A stretch of DNA of 40,000 nt from Cedecea selenatireducens. GTDB lineage: Bacteria; Pseudomonadota; Gammaproteobacteria; Enterobacterales; Enterobacteriaceae. This document shows, one piece after another, positions 17,488 to 25,373 of the stretch (the stretch's first letter is position 1; every line of letters begins with the position of its first letter). Made by a program: the position numbers and the translations under genes. A model generated the notes under the pieces. The model ran no database searches and was not told the DNA's origin. It worked only from the letters and a program-made list of their open reading frames with translations. The stretch lies in the NCBI RefSeq assembly GCF_042138895.1, contig NZ_JBHIKW010000013.1, positions 54,007-94,006 of the forward strand, written 5' to 3'.

Positions 17488-19638
17488 TCACGCTTCCACC
17501 GCCTCGCGCAGCCGCGCCTTCATGCTGTTGTAGGTCGTTTGCGCGTAGTTCTCGGCCCAGGCCTGATCCTCAATCGCGCTAACCTTCACCGCGCAATACT
17601 TGGTTTCCGGCGTTTTGGAGATCGGGTCGAGATTATCCTGCGTCAGTTCGTTACAGGCGCCAATCCACCACTGATAGGTCATGTAGACGGAGCCTTTGTT
17701 AATGCGCTCGCTCACGTCGGCTCGGCTGATAACCTTGCCGCGACGCGAACTTACCCAAACCAGCTGCCGGTCTTTAATACCTAACGCATCCGCATCCAGC
17801 GGGTTGATTTGCACAAAGCCGGGCTCGTCGGCGAGAGTTTGCAGCGCGGCACAGTTGCCGGTCATCGAGCGGCAGGAGTAATGCCCGACCTCACGCACGG
17901 TGCAAAGCACCAGCGGGTAGCTGTCGTCGGGAACTTCGGCTGGCGCGCGCCATGCGGCGGCAAACAGCTGACCTTTGCCTGTCGGCGTGTCGAATTTGCT
18001 CCCCTTGTAGAGATACGGCGTGCCGGGATGATCGAGCGTCGGGCAGGGCCACTGCACGTGCCCCATATCGCCCATTTTTTCGTAGGTTACGCCGTAAAAC
18101 AGCGGGCACAGTTCGCGCAGCTCATCCCAGATTTGCTGGTTGTTTTCGTAGCGCATCGGGTAGCCCATCGCCGTCGAAAGCAGGCTGATGATTTCCCAGT
18201 CGCGCTTCACGTTGTACTTCGGCTCAATCGCTTTTTCAAAACGCTGGAAGCCCCGGTCGGCGCAGGTAAAGACGCCGCCGTGCTCGCCCCATGAGGTCGC
18301 CGGCAGCAGCACGTCCGCCACTTCGGCCGTTTTAGTCATGAAGATGTCCTGCACCACCACGAAGTCGAGCGCCTCAAACCCTTTGCGCACCAGGCCCAGG
18401 TCCGCTTCGGTCTGGAGCGGATCCTCGCCCATGATGTAATAGGCTTTAACCTTGCCCTCTATCGCCAGGTGCGGCACTTCGGTAATGCGCACGCCAACTT
18501 TGTCATCCATCACCGCCGGGTCGATGCCCCAGGCTTTGGCAAACTTCGCGCGAACCTCGGGATCGACCACATCCTGGTAGCCGGGGAACTGGTTAGGCAG
18601 CACGCCCATATCGCAGGCGCCCTGCACGTTGTTCTGTCCGCGTACCGGACCAACGCCGACGTTTTCGCGGCCCAGATTGCCGGTGAGCAGCGCCAGGCTG
18701 GACAGTCCTTTAACCACGTCTACAGCCTGGCCAAACTGGGTCACGCCCATGCCCCACATAATGGTGGCAGAAGGGGCCGCGGCGAAGGTGCGCATCGCCT
18801 GGCGAACCTGCTGCGCGGGAATGCCGGTCAGGTGCTCGACGTCCTCTGGCGCATACCCCTTCACGGTTTCGCGGTAGGCATCCAGCCCTTCGGCATATTT
18901 GGCGACGTACTCTTTGTCGTACAGCTGCTCTTCCAGCAGCACGTAGCCAAAGGCGTTTACCAGCGCCATGTTGCAGCCGTTTTTGATTTGCAGATGCTGG
19001 TCGGCAATGCGGGCGGTTTCAATGCGGCGCGGGTCGCAGACGATAATTTTGGCGCCGTTGCTTTTGGCCTTAATTACCCGGCGCGCCACGATAGGATGCG
19101 AGTCGGCGCAGTTGTAGCCCACCACCAGCAGGCATTTGGAGTTTTCGATATCGCCGATGGAGTTGCTCATCGCCCCGTTACCCAGCGTCGCCTGCAGCCC
19201 GGCAACGGAAGGGCCATGGCACACGCGGGCGCAGCAGTCGACGTTGTTAGTGTTCAGCACCGCGCGGGCAAATTTCTGCATCACGAAGTTGGTTTCGTTC
19301 CCCGTTCCGCGCGAGGAACCGGTGGTCATAATGGCGCGTGGGCCAAACTGCTCTTTGATCGCCTTCAGGCGCGCAGCGGTATAGCTAATCACCTCTTCCC
19401 AGCTGACAGGCTGCAGCTTGCCGCCCTTCTCGTAGCGGATCATCGGCTGCGTAAGACGAGGGGTCAGCAGCTTGGTGTCGTTAAGAAAATCCCAGCCGTA
19501 GTAGCCTTTCAGGCAGAGTTCGTTTTGGTTAGTCACGCCCTCGGCCGCTTCGGCGCGAATGATTTTGTTGTTCTCGACGACCAGTTTCAGTTTGCAGCCT
19601 GCGCCACAGTAAGGGCAGACGCTGGTAATTTTTTTCAT
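17488..19638 (-). CDS. fdhF: formate dehydrogenase H-type catalytic subunit, cysteine variant (Cys140 in place of selenocysteine)
   Basis: 716 aa, collinear with E. coli FdhF (715 aa): MKK..VCPYC..GC N-terminal Fe-S motif and [12 protein letters not shown]. The active-site segment is [17 protein letters not shown], with TGC at 19219-19221 where E. coli has UGA (Sec140). Confidence 0.9.
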   Translation of the reverse strand: MKKITSVCPYCGAGCKLKLVVENNKIIRAEAAEGVTNQNELCLKGYYGWDFLNDTKLLTPRLTQPMIRYEKGGKLQPVSWEEVISYTAARLKAIKEQFGPRAIMTTGSSRGTGNETNFVMQKFARAVLNTNNVDCCARVCHGPSVAGLQATLGNGAMSNSIGDIENSKCLLVVGYNCADSHPIVARRVIKAKSNGAKIIVCDPRRIETARIADQHLQIKNGCNMALVNAFGYVLLEEQLYDKEYVAKYAEGLDAYRETVKGYAPEDVEHLTGIPAQQVRQAMRTFAAAPSATIMWGMGVTQFGQAVDVVKGLSSLALLTGNLGRENVGVGPVRGQNNVQGACDMGVLPNQFPGYQDVVDPEVRAKFAKAWGIDPAVMDDKVGVRITEVPHLAIEGKVKAYYIMGEDPLQTEADLGLVRKGFEALDFVVVQDIFMTKTAEVADVLLPATSWGEHGGVFTCADRGFQRFEKAIEPKYNVKRDWEIISLLSTAMGYPMRYENNQQIWDELRELCPLFYGVTYEKMGDMGHVQWPCPTLDHPGTPYLYKGSKFDTPTGKGQLFAAAWRAPAEVPDDSYPLVLCTVREVGHYSCRSMTGNCAALQTLADEPGFVQINPLDADALGIKDRQLVWVSSRRGKVISRADVSERINKGSVYMTYQWWIGACNELTQDNLDPISKTPETKYCAVKVSAIEDQAWAENYAQTTYNSMKARLREAVEA

Positions 19639-19675
19639 CAGTAACAGACCTGTTAAAAGTTGAAATGCATAGGGA

Positions 19676-20221
19676 TTAGAAGGTCAGGGCCGCAGGGGCA
19701 TCTAACGCAGCGCGGCGACGTTTTTCCGCGCTCATTTGTTCCAGCCGGTTACGGTCAACGCACAGAATGGCGTTGGTCGGACAGGCTTCCAGACAGGCCG
19801 GGCCAGCCTCGCGGTGGTAGCAAAGGTCACATTTGTTGGCCTCGGCTTTTTCCGCCATCACGTTCAGCCCGGCACCGCTGTTGCGAATCACCGGCCGCAC
19901 GACGACCTCCATCGCGCCATAAGGGCAGGCGACGACGCAGGTTTTGCAGCCGATGCAGCGTTCCTGCATCACGTGCACAAAGCCCTGGTCCCGGCTGATG
20001 GCGCCGTTAGGGCAGACGTTCGCGCAGGGCGCGTCCTCGCACTGGCGGCACATGGTGGCCGTAGATACGTTCACGCCTTTGATGACGTGAATGCGCGGCA
20101 AGAAAGTTTGTGGGGTCAGCGCCGAGCAGTCCTGGTTCTCCTGGTGGGAGACGACGCAGGCCACCTCACAAGTGCGACAGCCGATGCATTTGCTCGAATC
20201 GGCAATGATGAAGCGGTTCAT
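19676..20221 (-). CDS. hydN: 4Fe-4S ferredoxin-type electron-transfer protein HydN
   Basis: Collinear with E. coli HydN (MNRFIIAD.SKCIGCRTCEVACV…). The track ORF starts at 20236; ATG 20221 reproduces the E. coli N-terminus (GGAG 6 nt upstream). Confidence 0.9.
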   Translation of the reverse strand: MNRFIIADSSKCIGCRTCEVACVVSHQENQDCSALTPQTFLPRIHVIKGVNVSTATMCRQCEDAPCANVCPNGAISRDQGFVHVMQERCIGCKTCVVACPYGAMEVVVRPVIRNSGAGLNVMAEKAEANKCDLCYHREAGPACLEACPTNAILCVDRNRLEQMSAEKRRRAALDAPAALTF

Positions 20222-20260
20222 CATAAACTCCTGCAATAAGTGTGTTATCGCAGGGGCTTA

Positions 20261-20276
20261 TTCACAAACCGTGCCA
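20261..20276 (-). promoter_or_regulatory. candidate sigma54 promoter for hydN-fdhF-hypF-hoxN (weak -12)
   Basis: The - strand reads TGGCAC-GGTTT-GTGAA, about 40 nt upstream of the hydN ATG. The -24 element is perfect, but the -12 has GA where GC is expected. In E. coli, hydN-hypF is FhlA/sigma54-dependent. Confidence 0.3.
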
Positions 20277-20330
20277 GAAATTAAAAACCAATAATTTCAA
20301 TGCATTGAATTGAAAGGATCAATAAAAGTA

Positions 20331-20363
20331 GATGACATCGACACTAATGACGATGTCATTAGT
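20331..20363. promoter_or_regulatory. overlapping palindromes; candidate FhlA upstream activating sequence for the hydN operon (also immediately 3' of hycI)
   Basis: ATGACATCG/CGATGTCAT (20331-39 / 20350-58) and CACTAATGAC/GTCATTAGTG (20341-50 / 20354-63). Centred about 95-100 bp upstream of the transcription start predicted from the candidate sigma54 promoter. Shares TGAC/GTCA + TCG(A/T)CA half-motifs with 27806-27860 and 28444-28478. Confidence 0.3.
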
Positions 20364-20366
20364 GAC

Positions 20367-20846
20367 TTACAGACCTTCTGTTTCTTCCGCCGTCAGCTGG
20401 GCATACCCACCGTAACCGGACCACGTCGCCAGCCGCTGGTAAACCTGCTCCACTGCCGCTTTCACCGCCTCCGTCATCGGATAGTAAAAACCGACGATAT
20501 CCGGCTGAATGCCAAGGAACACCACTTCGCCGACATCCTCTTGAAGCTGATCGACCAGATAATTAAGCGGCATGTTGTGGGTGGTCATCATAAACATCTC
20601 GGCGATGTCGTCCGGGTCGATGACGCGGATCTCGCCGGGATTGAGCATCATGTCGGTGGCATCGACAATCAGCAGCAGTTCCGGGCGCAGTTCGCGGATG
20701 GCAACCACGTCGTTTTCCGGCGCGCTGCCGCCGTCGATCACCACCCAGTCCCCCTGCGGAGAAGCCTGACACTTCTCGGCCAGCAGCGGGCCAGCCCCAT
20801 CGTCACCCATCATGCTGTTGCCTACGCAAAGCAGTACCTTAGTCAT
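20367..20846 (-). CDS. hycI: hydrogenase 3 maturation endopeptidase
   Basis: 159 aa, collinear with E. coli HycI (…LLCVGNSMMGDDGAGPLLAEK…). Confidence 0.93.
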   Translation of the reverse strand: MTKVLLCVGNSMMGDDGAGPLLAEKCQASPQGDWVVIDGGSAPENDVVAIRELRPELLLIVDATDMMLNPGEIRVIDPDDIAEMFMMTTHNMPLNYLVDQLQEDVGEVVFLGIQPDIVGFYYPMTEAVKAAVEQVYQRLATWSGYGGYAQLTAEETEGL

Positions 20847-21249
20847 AGCGTCTCCTTACCATCAGGTAGATGGCGGGTTCTTGTTGAATGGCCTGCAGCA
20901 TGTCGAGCAGCGCCTGGCTCCAGCCCTGCTGTTCAGCCGTTTGCGTCGGCTTAGCGGCATCAAACGCGCGGGCCAGCATCACCACGTGGTTCTGATCGAT
21001 AACGATTTCACCGTAGCGCGGCACGCCGTTCATTTTGCGCCGGGCCTCGCCGTCGGCCTCAAGCGTAGCTATCCACGCCTGATAAGCTTCAAGCGGGCAA
21101 ACCAGGCTCTCTTTCAGGCAGTCGATCACCCCCAAATGGTGGCCAATCGCCAGGCTGTAGTAGACCACCTGCTGGGCGTCAGCCGGGGTGTTGTCGTTCT
21201 CGTCGACAAACTTGCGGCTGAGCTGACAGAACACCACCGACTCGCTCAT
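20839..21249 (-). CDS. hycH: formate hydrogenlyase maturation/assembly protein
   Basis: 136 aa, the same length as E. coli HycH and collinear with it (…VVYYSLAIGHHLGVIDCL…IYLMVRR). Overlaps hycI by 8 nt. Confidence 0.93.
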   Translation of the reverse strand: MSESVVFCQLSRKFVDENDNTPADAQQVVYYSLAIGHHLGVIDCLKESLVCPLEAYQAWIATLEADGEARRKMNGVPRYGEIVIDQNHVVMLARAFDAAKPTQTAEQQGWSQALLDMLQAIQQEPAIYLMVRRRYD

Positions 21250-22013
21250 TACGCGCGCTCCTGATGAACCAGATGCTCAAGGTTAGTGACGATTTCCGTC
21301 AGGCGTGGGTCGTTTTCCGCGCTCAGCCACTGCTGAACAGCATCGCCTCCGGCCGTCAGGTTTGTCATGTAGCTGTCGGCAATCTGGCGACCATAGCGGT
21401 AACCGGCCAGGCGACGAGCGGCGCGGTCAATGCGCACGCGCAGCGGCTGCACCATATCCGGATGCAGGATTTTTGCCGGTTCTACGTCCAGCTCGCTTGC
21501 CGGGCGGGCGTGAATTTTTTGCTCCAGCAGGCCAAGCGCCATCGCGAAGCCGTACAGCGTGGCGGCTGGGGTTGGCGGGCAGCCAGGGATGTAAACGTCG
21601 ACCGGTACGATTTTGTCGGTGCCGCCCCACACGCAGTAAAGGTCGTGGAAAATCCCACCGCTGTTGCCGCAGGCACCGTACGAGATGCAGATTTTAGGAT
21701 CGGGTGCCGATTCCCAGGCACGCAGCGCCGGAGAGCGCATCGCGCGGGTTACCGCGCCGGTAAACAGCAAAATATCGGCATGGCGCGGTGACGGAACAAC
21801 TTTAATGCCAAAACGTTCTGCATCGAACAGCGGCGAAAGCGTAGCGAAAATCTCGATTTCACAGCCGTTACAGCCGCCGCAGTCCACGCGGTAAACGTAG
21901 GCGGAGCGTTTGATGTTTTTCAGCAGCGACGCCTTCATGCTGGCGATAGATTCGTCCACCGTCATCGGCACCGGAATGCCATTGTGGTCGCGCGGCCCCA
22001 GTAGGTTACTCAT
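21249..22013 (-). CDS. hycG: hydrogenase 3 small subunit (NuoB-like, Fe-S)
   Basis: 254 aa, collinear with E. coli HycG, with NuoB-type Cys motifs (GGCNGC…, [14 protein letters not shown]). Confidence 0.94.
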   Translation of the reverse strand: MSNLLGPRDHNGIPVPMTVDESIASMKASLLKNIKRSAYVYRVDCGGCNGCEIEIFATLSPLFDAERFGIKVVPSPRHADILLFTGAVTRAMRSPALRAWESAPDPKICISYGACGNSGGIFHDLYCVWGGTDKIVPVDVYIPGCPPTPAATLYGFAMALGLLEQKIHARPASELDVEPAKILHPDMVQPLRVRIDRAARRLAGYRYGRQIADSYMTNLTAGGDAVQQWLSAENDPRLTEIVTNLEHLVHQERA

Positions 22014-22555
22014 TAGCTGGCCTCTCTCATCTGACGGCTAAAGTCGATCCGGTCGGACGACACCAGGCTTTGCTGGCGCTTGCAGTCCGGGCAGGTTTCA
22101 AATGCCCCACGGCGGCTTTCCGCGCGGGAATCGCCGTTGTGCTCAAGCAGCGCAATGGCGTAGTCGATCTCTTTTTGCACGGCGAACGGACGGCCACACT
22201 CGCGGCAGTTGCACAGCGGGAAGCTGGCCTGCTGCAGGAAGTCGGCTTTATTCCATACCGCCAGCTCGTACTGCTGCGAAAGCTTGATGGCGGCAGTCGG
22301 GCAAACCTCTTCGCAGCGCCCGCAGAAGATGCAGCGCCCGAGGTTAAAGCTCCACTGCAGTTGCCCGGCGGCAAGATCGGTCTCAACGCTCAGCGCATTG
22401 GACGGGCAGGCGTTAACGCAGGCGGCACAGCCGATGCACTGCTGCGGGTTGTGTTCGGGCTTGCCGCGAAAATTCGGGTCCACGGCAATGGGCTGGAGCG
22501 GATAAGACTCGGTTGCAACGCCGCCCTTGATGGCTTTTTTGATGAAGTTAAACAT
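22013..22555 (-). CDS. hycF: formate hydrogenlyase 2x[4Fe-4S] subunit (NuoI-like)
   Basis: 180 aa, the same length as E. coli HycF, with two CxxCxxCxxxCP motifs. Confidence 0.94.
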   Translation of the reverse strand: MFNFIKKAIKGGVATESYPLQPIAVDPNFRGKPEHNPQQCIGCAACVNACPSNALSVETDLAAGQLQWSFNLGRCIFCGRCEEVCPTAAIKLSQQYELAVWNKADFLQQASFPLCNCRECGRPFAVQKEIDYAIALLEHNGDSRAESRRGAFETCPDCKRQQSLVSSDRIDFSRQMREAS

Positions 22556-22589
22556 GCGTTTTCCTTGTTTGCCTGGTCTTAGTGATTGA

Positions 22590-22683
22590 CCCTCTCCCCG
22601 GCCCTCTCCCTGGAAGGGAGAGGGGGGAAAGCTAGCTCGATCCAGTTCCCTCTCCCCTTTGGGGAGAGGGTTAGGGTGAGGGG
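22590..22683. repeat. REP/REPIN-like doublet B inside the hyc operon (hycE-hycF spacer)
   Basis: Units at 22590-22627 (CCCTCTCCCCGGCCCTCTCCCTGGAAGGGAGAGGGGGG) and 22648-22683 (CCCTCTCCCCTTTGGGGAGAGGGTTAGGGTGAGGGG), in inverted orientation. Confidence 0.8.
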
Positions 22684-22710
22684 CTGCTCATCACCGACCA
22701 GACATCAAAA

Positions 22711-24420
22711 TTATTTCAGCGGCGAATTGGTGCGCTCAATGCTGTAGCGCTCCAGCTCTTTGTACGGCACCACCTGGCTTTTCTTCTTGCGCACGTCCAC
22801 CACCGTCATGCGGTCGGTGCAGGAGTAGCAAGGGTCAAGGCTGCCGATAATCAGCGGGGCATCTGACACCGTGTTGCCGCGCAGCATGTAGCGCAGCGTT
22901 GGCCAGTTGGCGTAGGTCGCCGCCCGGCAGCGCCAGCGGTAAAGCTTCTGGTTGTCGCCGGTCATGCTCCAGTGGATATCGTCCCCGCGCGGCGCTTCCG
23001 AGAAGCCAAGCGCAAAGCGGTTTGGAATGTAGGTAAAACCATCCACGGCGAGCGGGCCACCCGGCAGGTTATCCAGCCCGAAATCAATCATGTTCAGCGC
23101 GGTGAAGACTTCGTTGATGCGCACTTTCAGGCGGGAAAGCACGTCGCAGCCGTCGAGGCTGTGTACTTCCATCGGCAGCAGGCCGTAACCCACAAACGGG
23201 TGATCGGCGCGGGTATCGCGGGCGTGGCCGCTGGCGCGAACCATTGGGCCGACGTTGCTGAAGTCGCGGGCGATTTGCGGGTCAAGGCGGCCAATGCCCA
23301 CGGTGCGCTGCTCGATGTTCGGCGTGCTCAGCAGAATATCTACCAGATCTTTCACTTCCCGACGCATCTGCTGGGCGAGCTGGCGGGTCTGGATCATGTC
23401 GTCTTTCAGCAGGTCGCGGCGGATGCCGCCGATCAGGTTCAGGCCGTAGGTTTTACGCGCCCCGGTCAGGATCTCCGCCATTTTCATCGACATTTCGCGC
23501 ACCCGGAAGAACTGCATAAAGCCGGAGTCGAAGCCCACGAAGTGACAGGCCAGGCCGAGGTTCAGCAGGTGGCTGTGCAGGCGCTCAACCTCCAGCAGGA
23601 TGGCGCGAATCATCTGCGCACGTTCCGGCACCACAATACCCATCGCGTTTTCGACCGAGGTGGTATAGGCGGTGCTGTGGGCGAAGCCGCAAATGCCGCA
23701 CACGCGGTCGGACAGGAAGGTGACTTCGTTGTAGCCCATGCGGGTTTCCGCCAGCTTCTCCATGCCGCGGTGGACGTAGAACAGGCGATAATCGGCGTCG
23801 ATAATGTTTTCGCCATCGACGAACAGGCGGAAGTGGCCCGGTTCGTCAGAAGTGACGTGCAGCGGGCCAATCGGCACCACGTTGTTCTTTTTCGTGCCCA
23901 GTTCGTTAATGAACTCGTAGGTCTCTTTGTCGGTGGTCGGCGCCGGGCGCTGGCGGTAATCCATGCTGTCTTTACGCAGCGGATAAAGATCGTCCGGCCA
24001 GTCGTCCGGCAGCACCAGGCGGCGTTCATCGGGCAGGCCAACCGGCTGCAGGCCGTACATATCGCGGACTTCGCGCTCGCCCCAAACGGCGGCAGGCACA
24101 CGAGGCGTGACGGACGGGAACTCCGGTTTGTCGGCGTCTACTTCCACACGCACGGTGATCCAGCACTTCACGCCGCTTTCCATCGACAGCACGTAATACA
24201 CCGCATAGCTGCCGCACAGCTGGCGTTCATCGTTCCCAAACAGCACCGAAAGCCAGCCACCCTGCTGGTAGTAAAGCCATTCCACCACGTCCGGCAGCAT
24301 GTTGAGCTTCACGGTGACGGTGATTTGATCTTTCGTCTGCCAGGCTTCGTCGAGCACGGCATTCGGGAATTGCTGATGCAGCGCGGCGAGATACTGTTGA
24401 CCAATTTTTTCTTCAGACAT
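22711..24420 (-). CDS. hycE: hydrogenase 3 [NiFe] large subunit (NuoC/NuoD-like fusion)
   Basis: 569 aa, the same length as E. coli HycE. Carries the N-terminal RxCGxC and C-terminal DPCxxC Ni-binding motifs (RVCGICGFAH; SLDPCYSCTDR). Confidence 0.95.
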   Translation of the reverse strand: MSEEKIGQQYLAALHQQFPNAVLDEAWQTKDQITVTVKLNMLPDVVEWLYYQQGGWLSVLFGNDERQLCGSYAVYYVLSMESGVKCWITVRVEVDADKPEFPSVTPRVPAAVWGEREVRDMYGLQPVGLPDERRLVLPDDWPDDLYPLRKDSMDYRQRPAPTTDKETYEFINELGTKKNNVVPIGPLHVTSDEPGHFRLFVDGENIIDADYRLFYVHRGMEKLAETRMGYNEVTFLSDRVCGICGFAHSTAYTTSVENAMGIVVPERAQMIRAILLEVERLHSHLLNLGLACHFVGFDSGFMQFFRVREMSMKMAEILTGARKTYGLNLIGGIRRDLLKDDMIQTRQLAQQMRREVKDLVDILLSTPNIEQRTVGIGRLDPQIARDFSNVGPMVRASGHARDTRADHPFVGYGLLPMEVHSLDGCDVLSRLKVRINEVFTALNMIDFGLDNLPGGPLAVDGFTYIPNRFALGFSEAPRGDDIHWSMTGDNQKLYRWRCRAATYANWPTLRYMLRGNTVSDAPLIIGSLDPCYSCTDRMTVVDVRKKKSQVVPYKELERYSIERTNSPLK

Positions 24421-24437
24421 CGATAAATTCTCTTAAA

Positions 24438-25364
24438 TCACGCCGCCAGCAAGGAGACGAAGGCTAAAAAGGCAAAGCCAAAACCGGCCCAGGTAATGCG
24501 CGAGGTTTCCAGCATCCGCAGGCGCGCCATGCTGTTTTCAAACAGCGCGATAATCAGTACGCCCACCACCAGCTTGACGACGGCCAGCGCTACGGCGAGA
24601 ACAAGTCCACCCCAGCTAAAGGCGCTCATTTGCCCCCACGGCAGGAACACGCCGACAAACATTTGCAGAACAACCAGCTGCTTGAGGGAAATACCCCACT
24701 TCAGCACCGCAAAACCCGCGCCGCTGTATTCAGACAGTGGCCCTTCCTGCAGCTCCTGTTCGGCTTCGGCAAGGTCAAACGGCAGCTTGCCCATTTCAAT
24801 GAAGGTCGCAAAAGCGCAGGCGACGAAGGCCAGTATCAGCGTCAGGCTTTGCGCCACCGGCCAGGCGTGAATAGCCCCGGCGATATTGCTGATGTGCGTG
24901 CTGCCCGCAACCTGAGCGGCCACCCACAGGCTAAGCAGCAGAATCGGCTCGACCAGCACGCCGAGCATCGCTTCACGGCTCGCGCCAATCCCGGTGAACG
25001 GGCTGCCGGTGTCTAACCCGGCGATGGCGAAGAAGAAGCGGGCGATGGCGAACAGGTAAATTAAGGTGATCAGGTCACCTAATGACGGCAGCGGCGAGGC
25101 AATAGTCACCACCGGCAGCGCGGTGGCGATGGTCAGCATCACGCCAACCATCACGAACGGCATCAGGCGGAAAACCCAGCCGGACGCGGCGGGCGCCACG
25201 CTCTGGCGACCCAGCAGCTTGAACAGATCCCGGTATTCCTGCAGCACGCCGGGGCCACGGCGGTTATGCAGGCGGGCTCGCGTCACGCGGGTAATGCCGG
25301 ACAGCAGCGGCGCGGCAAAAAACAGCGCCAGCGCCTGGATCAGGGCAAATAAAAACGTAGTCAT
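24438..25364 (-). CDS. hycD: formate hydrogenlyase membrane subunit (NuoH-like)
   Basis: 308-aa polytopic membrane protein in the position of E. coli HycD (307 aa). Confidence 0.92.
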   Translation of the reverse strand: MTTFLFALIQALALFFAAPLLSGITRVTRARLHNRRGPGVLQEYRDLFKLLGRQSVAPAASGWVFRLMPFVMVGVMLTIATALPVVTIASPLPSLGDLITLIYLFAIARFFFAIAGLDTGSPFTGIGASREAMLGVLVEPILLLSLWVAAQVAGSTHISNIAGAIHAWPVAQSLTLILAFVACAFATFIEMGKLPFDLAEAEQELQEGPLSEYSGAGFAVLKWGISLKQLVVLQMFVGVFLPWGQMSAFSWGGLVLAVALAVVKLVVGVLIIALFENSMARLRMLETSRITWAGFGFAFLAFVSLLAA

Positions 25365-25373
25365 ATCAGTTCC

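Noticed and set aside
17351-17491. An N-terminal 47-aa extension of HypF, giving the 799-aa ORF that starts at 17491 and overlaps the fdhF stop.
   Set aside because: The extension is a translation of REP-like repeats ([21 protein letters not shown]) with no counterpart in E. coli HypF. The homology begins only at LRIRGKVQG. It is retained as an uncertainty on the hypF start.
19150-19218. A possible vestigial SECIS hairpin downstream of the Cys140 codon of fdhF. A 7-bp stem CGUUGCC/GGCGACG can be drawn.
   Set aside because: Its register and loop do not match the E. coli fdhF SECIS, which has an apical GGUC loop with a bulged U at a fixed distance from UGA. A 7-bp stem in GC-rich coding sequence is not significant, and with TGC no recoding is needed.
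22972-24426. Very long antisense ORFs opposite real genes. Examples: 484 aa opposite hycE (22972-24426), 391 aa opposite fdhF (18469-19644), 500 aa opposite fhlA (32781-34283), 258 and 241 aa opposite hypF, and 226 aa opposite avtA and cheV.
   Set aside because: These are shadow frames typical of GC-rich DNA. The translations are low-complexity (Arg/Ala/His/Gln/Val-rich), they have no SD or independent promoter, and the opposite strand encodes proteins collinear with well-known E. coli orthologues.
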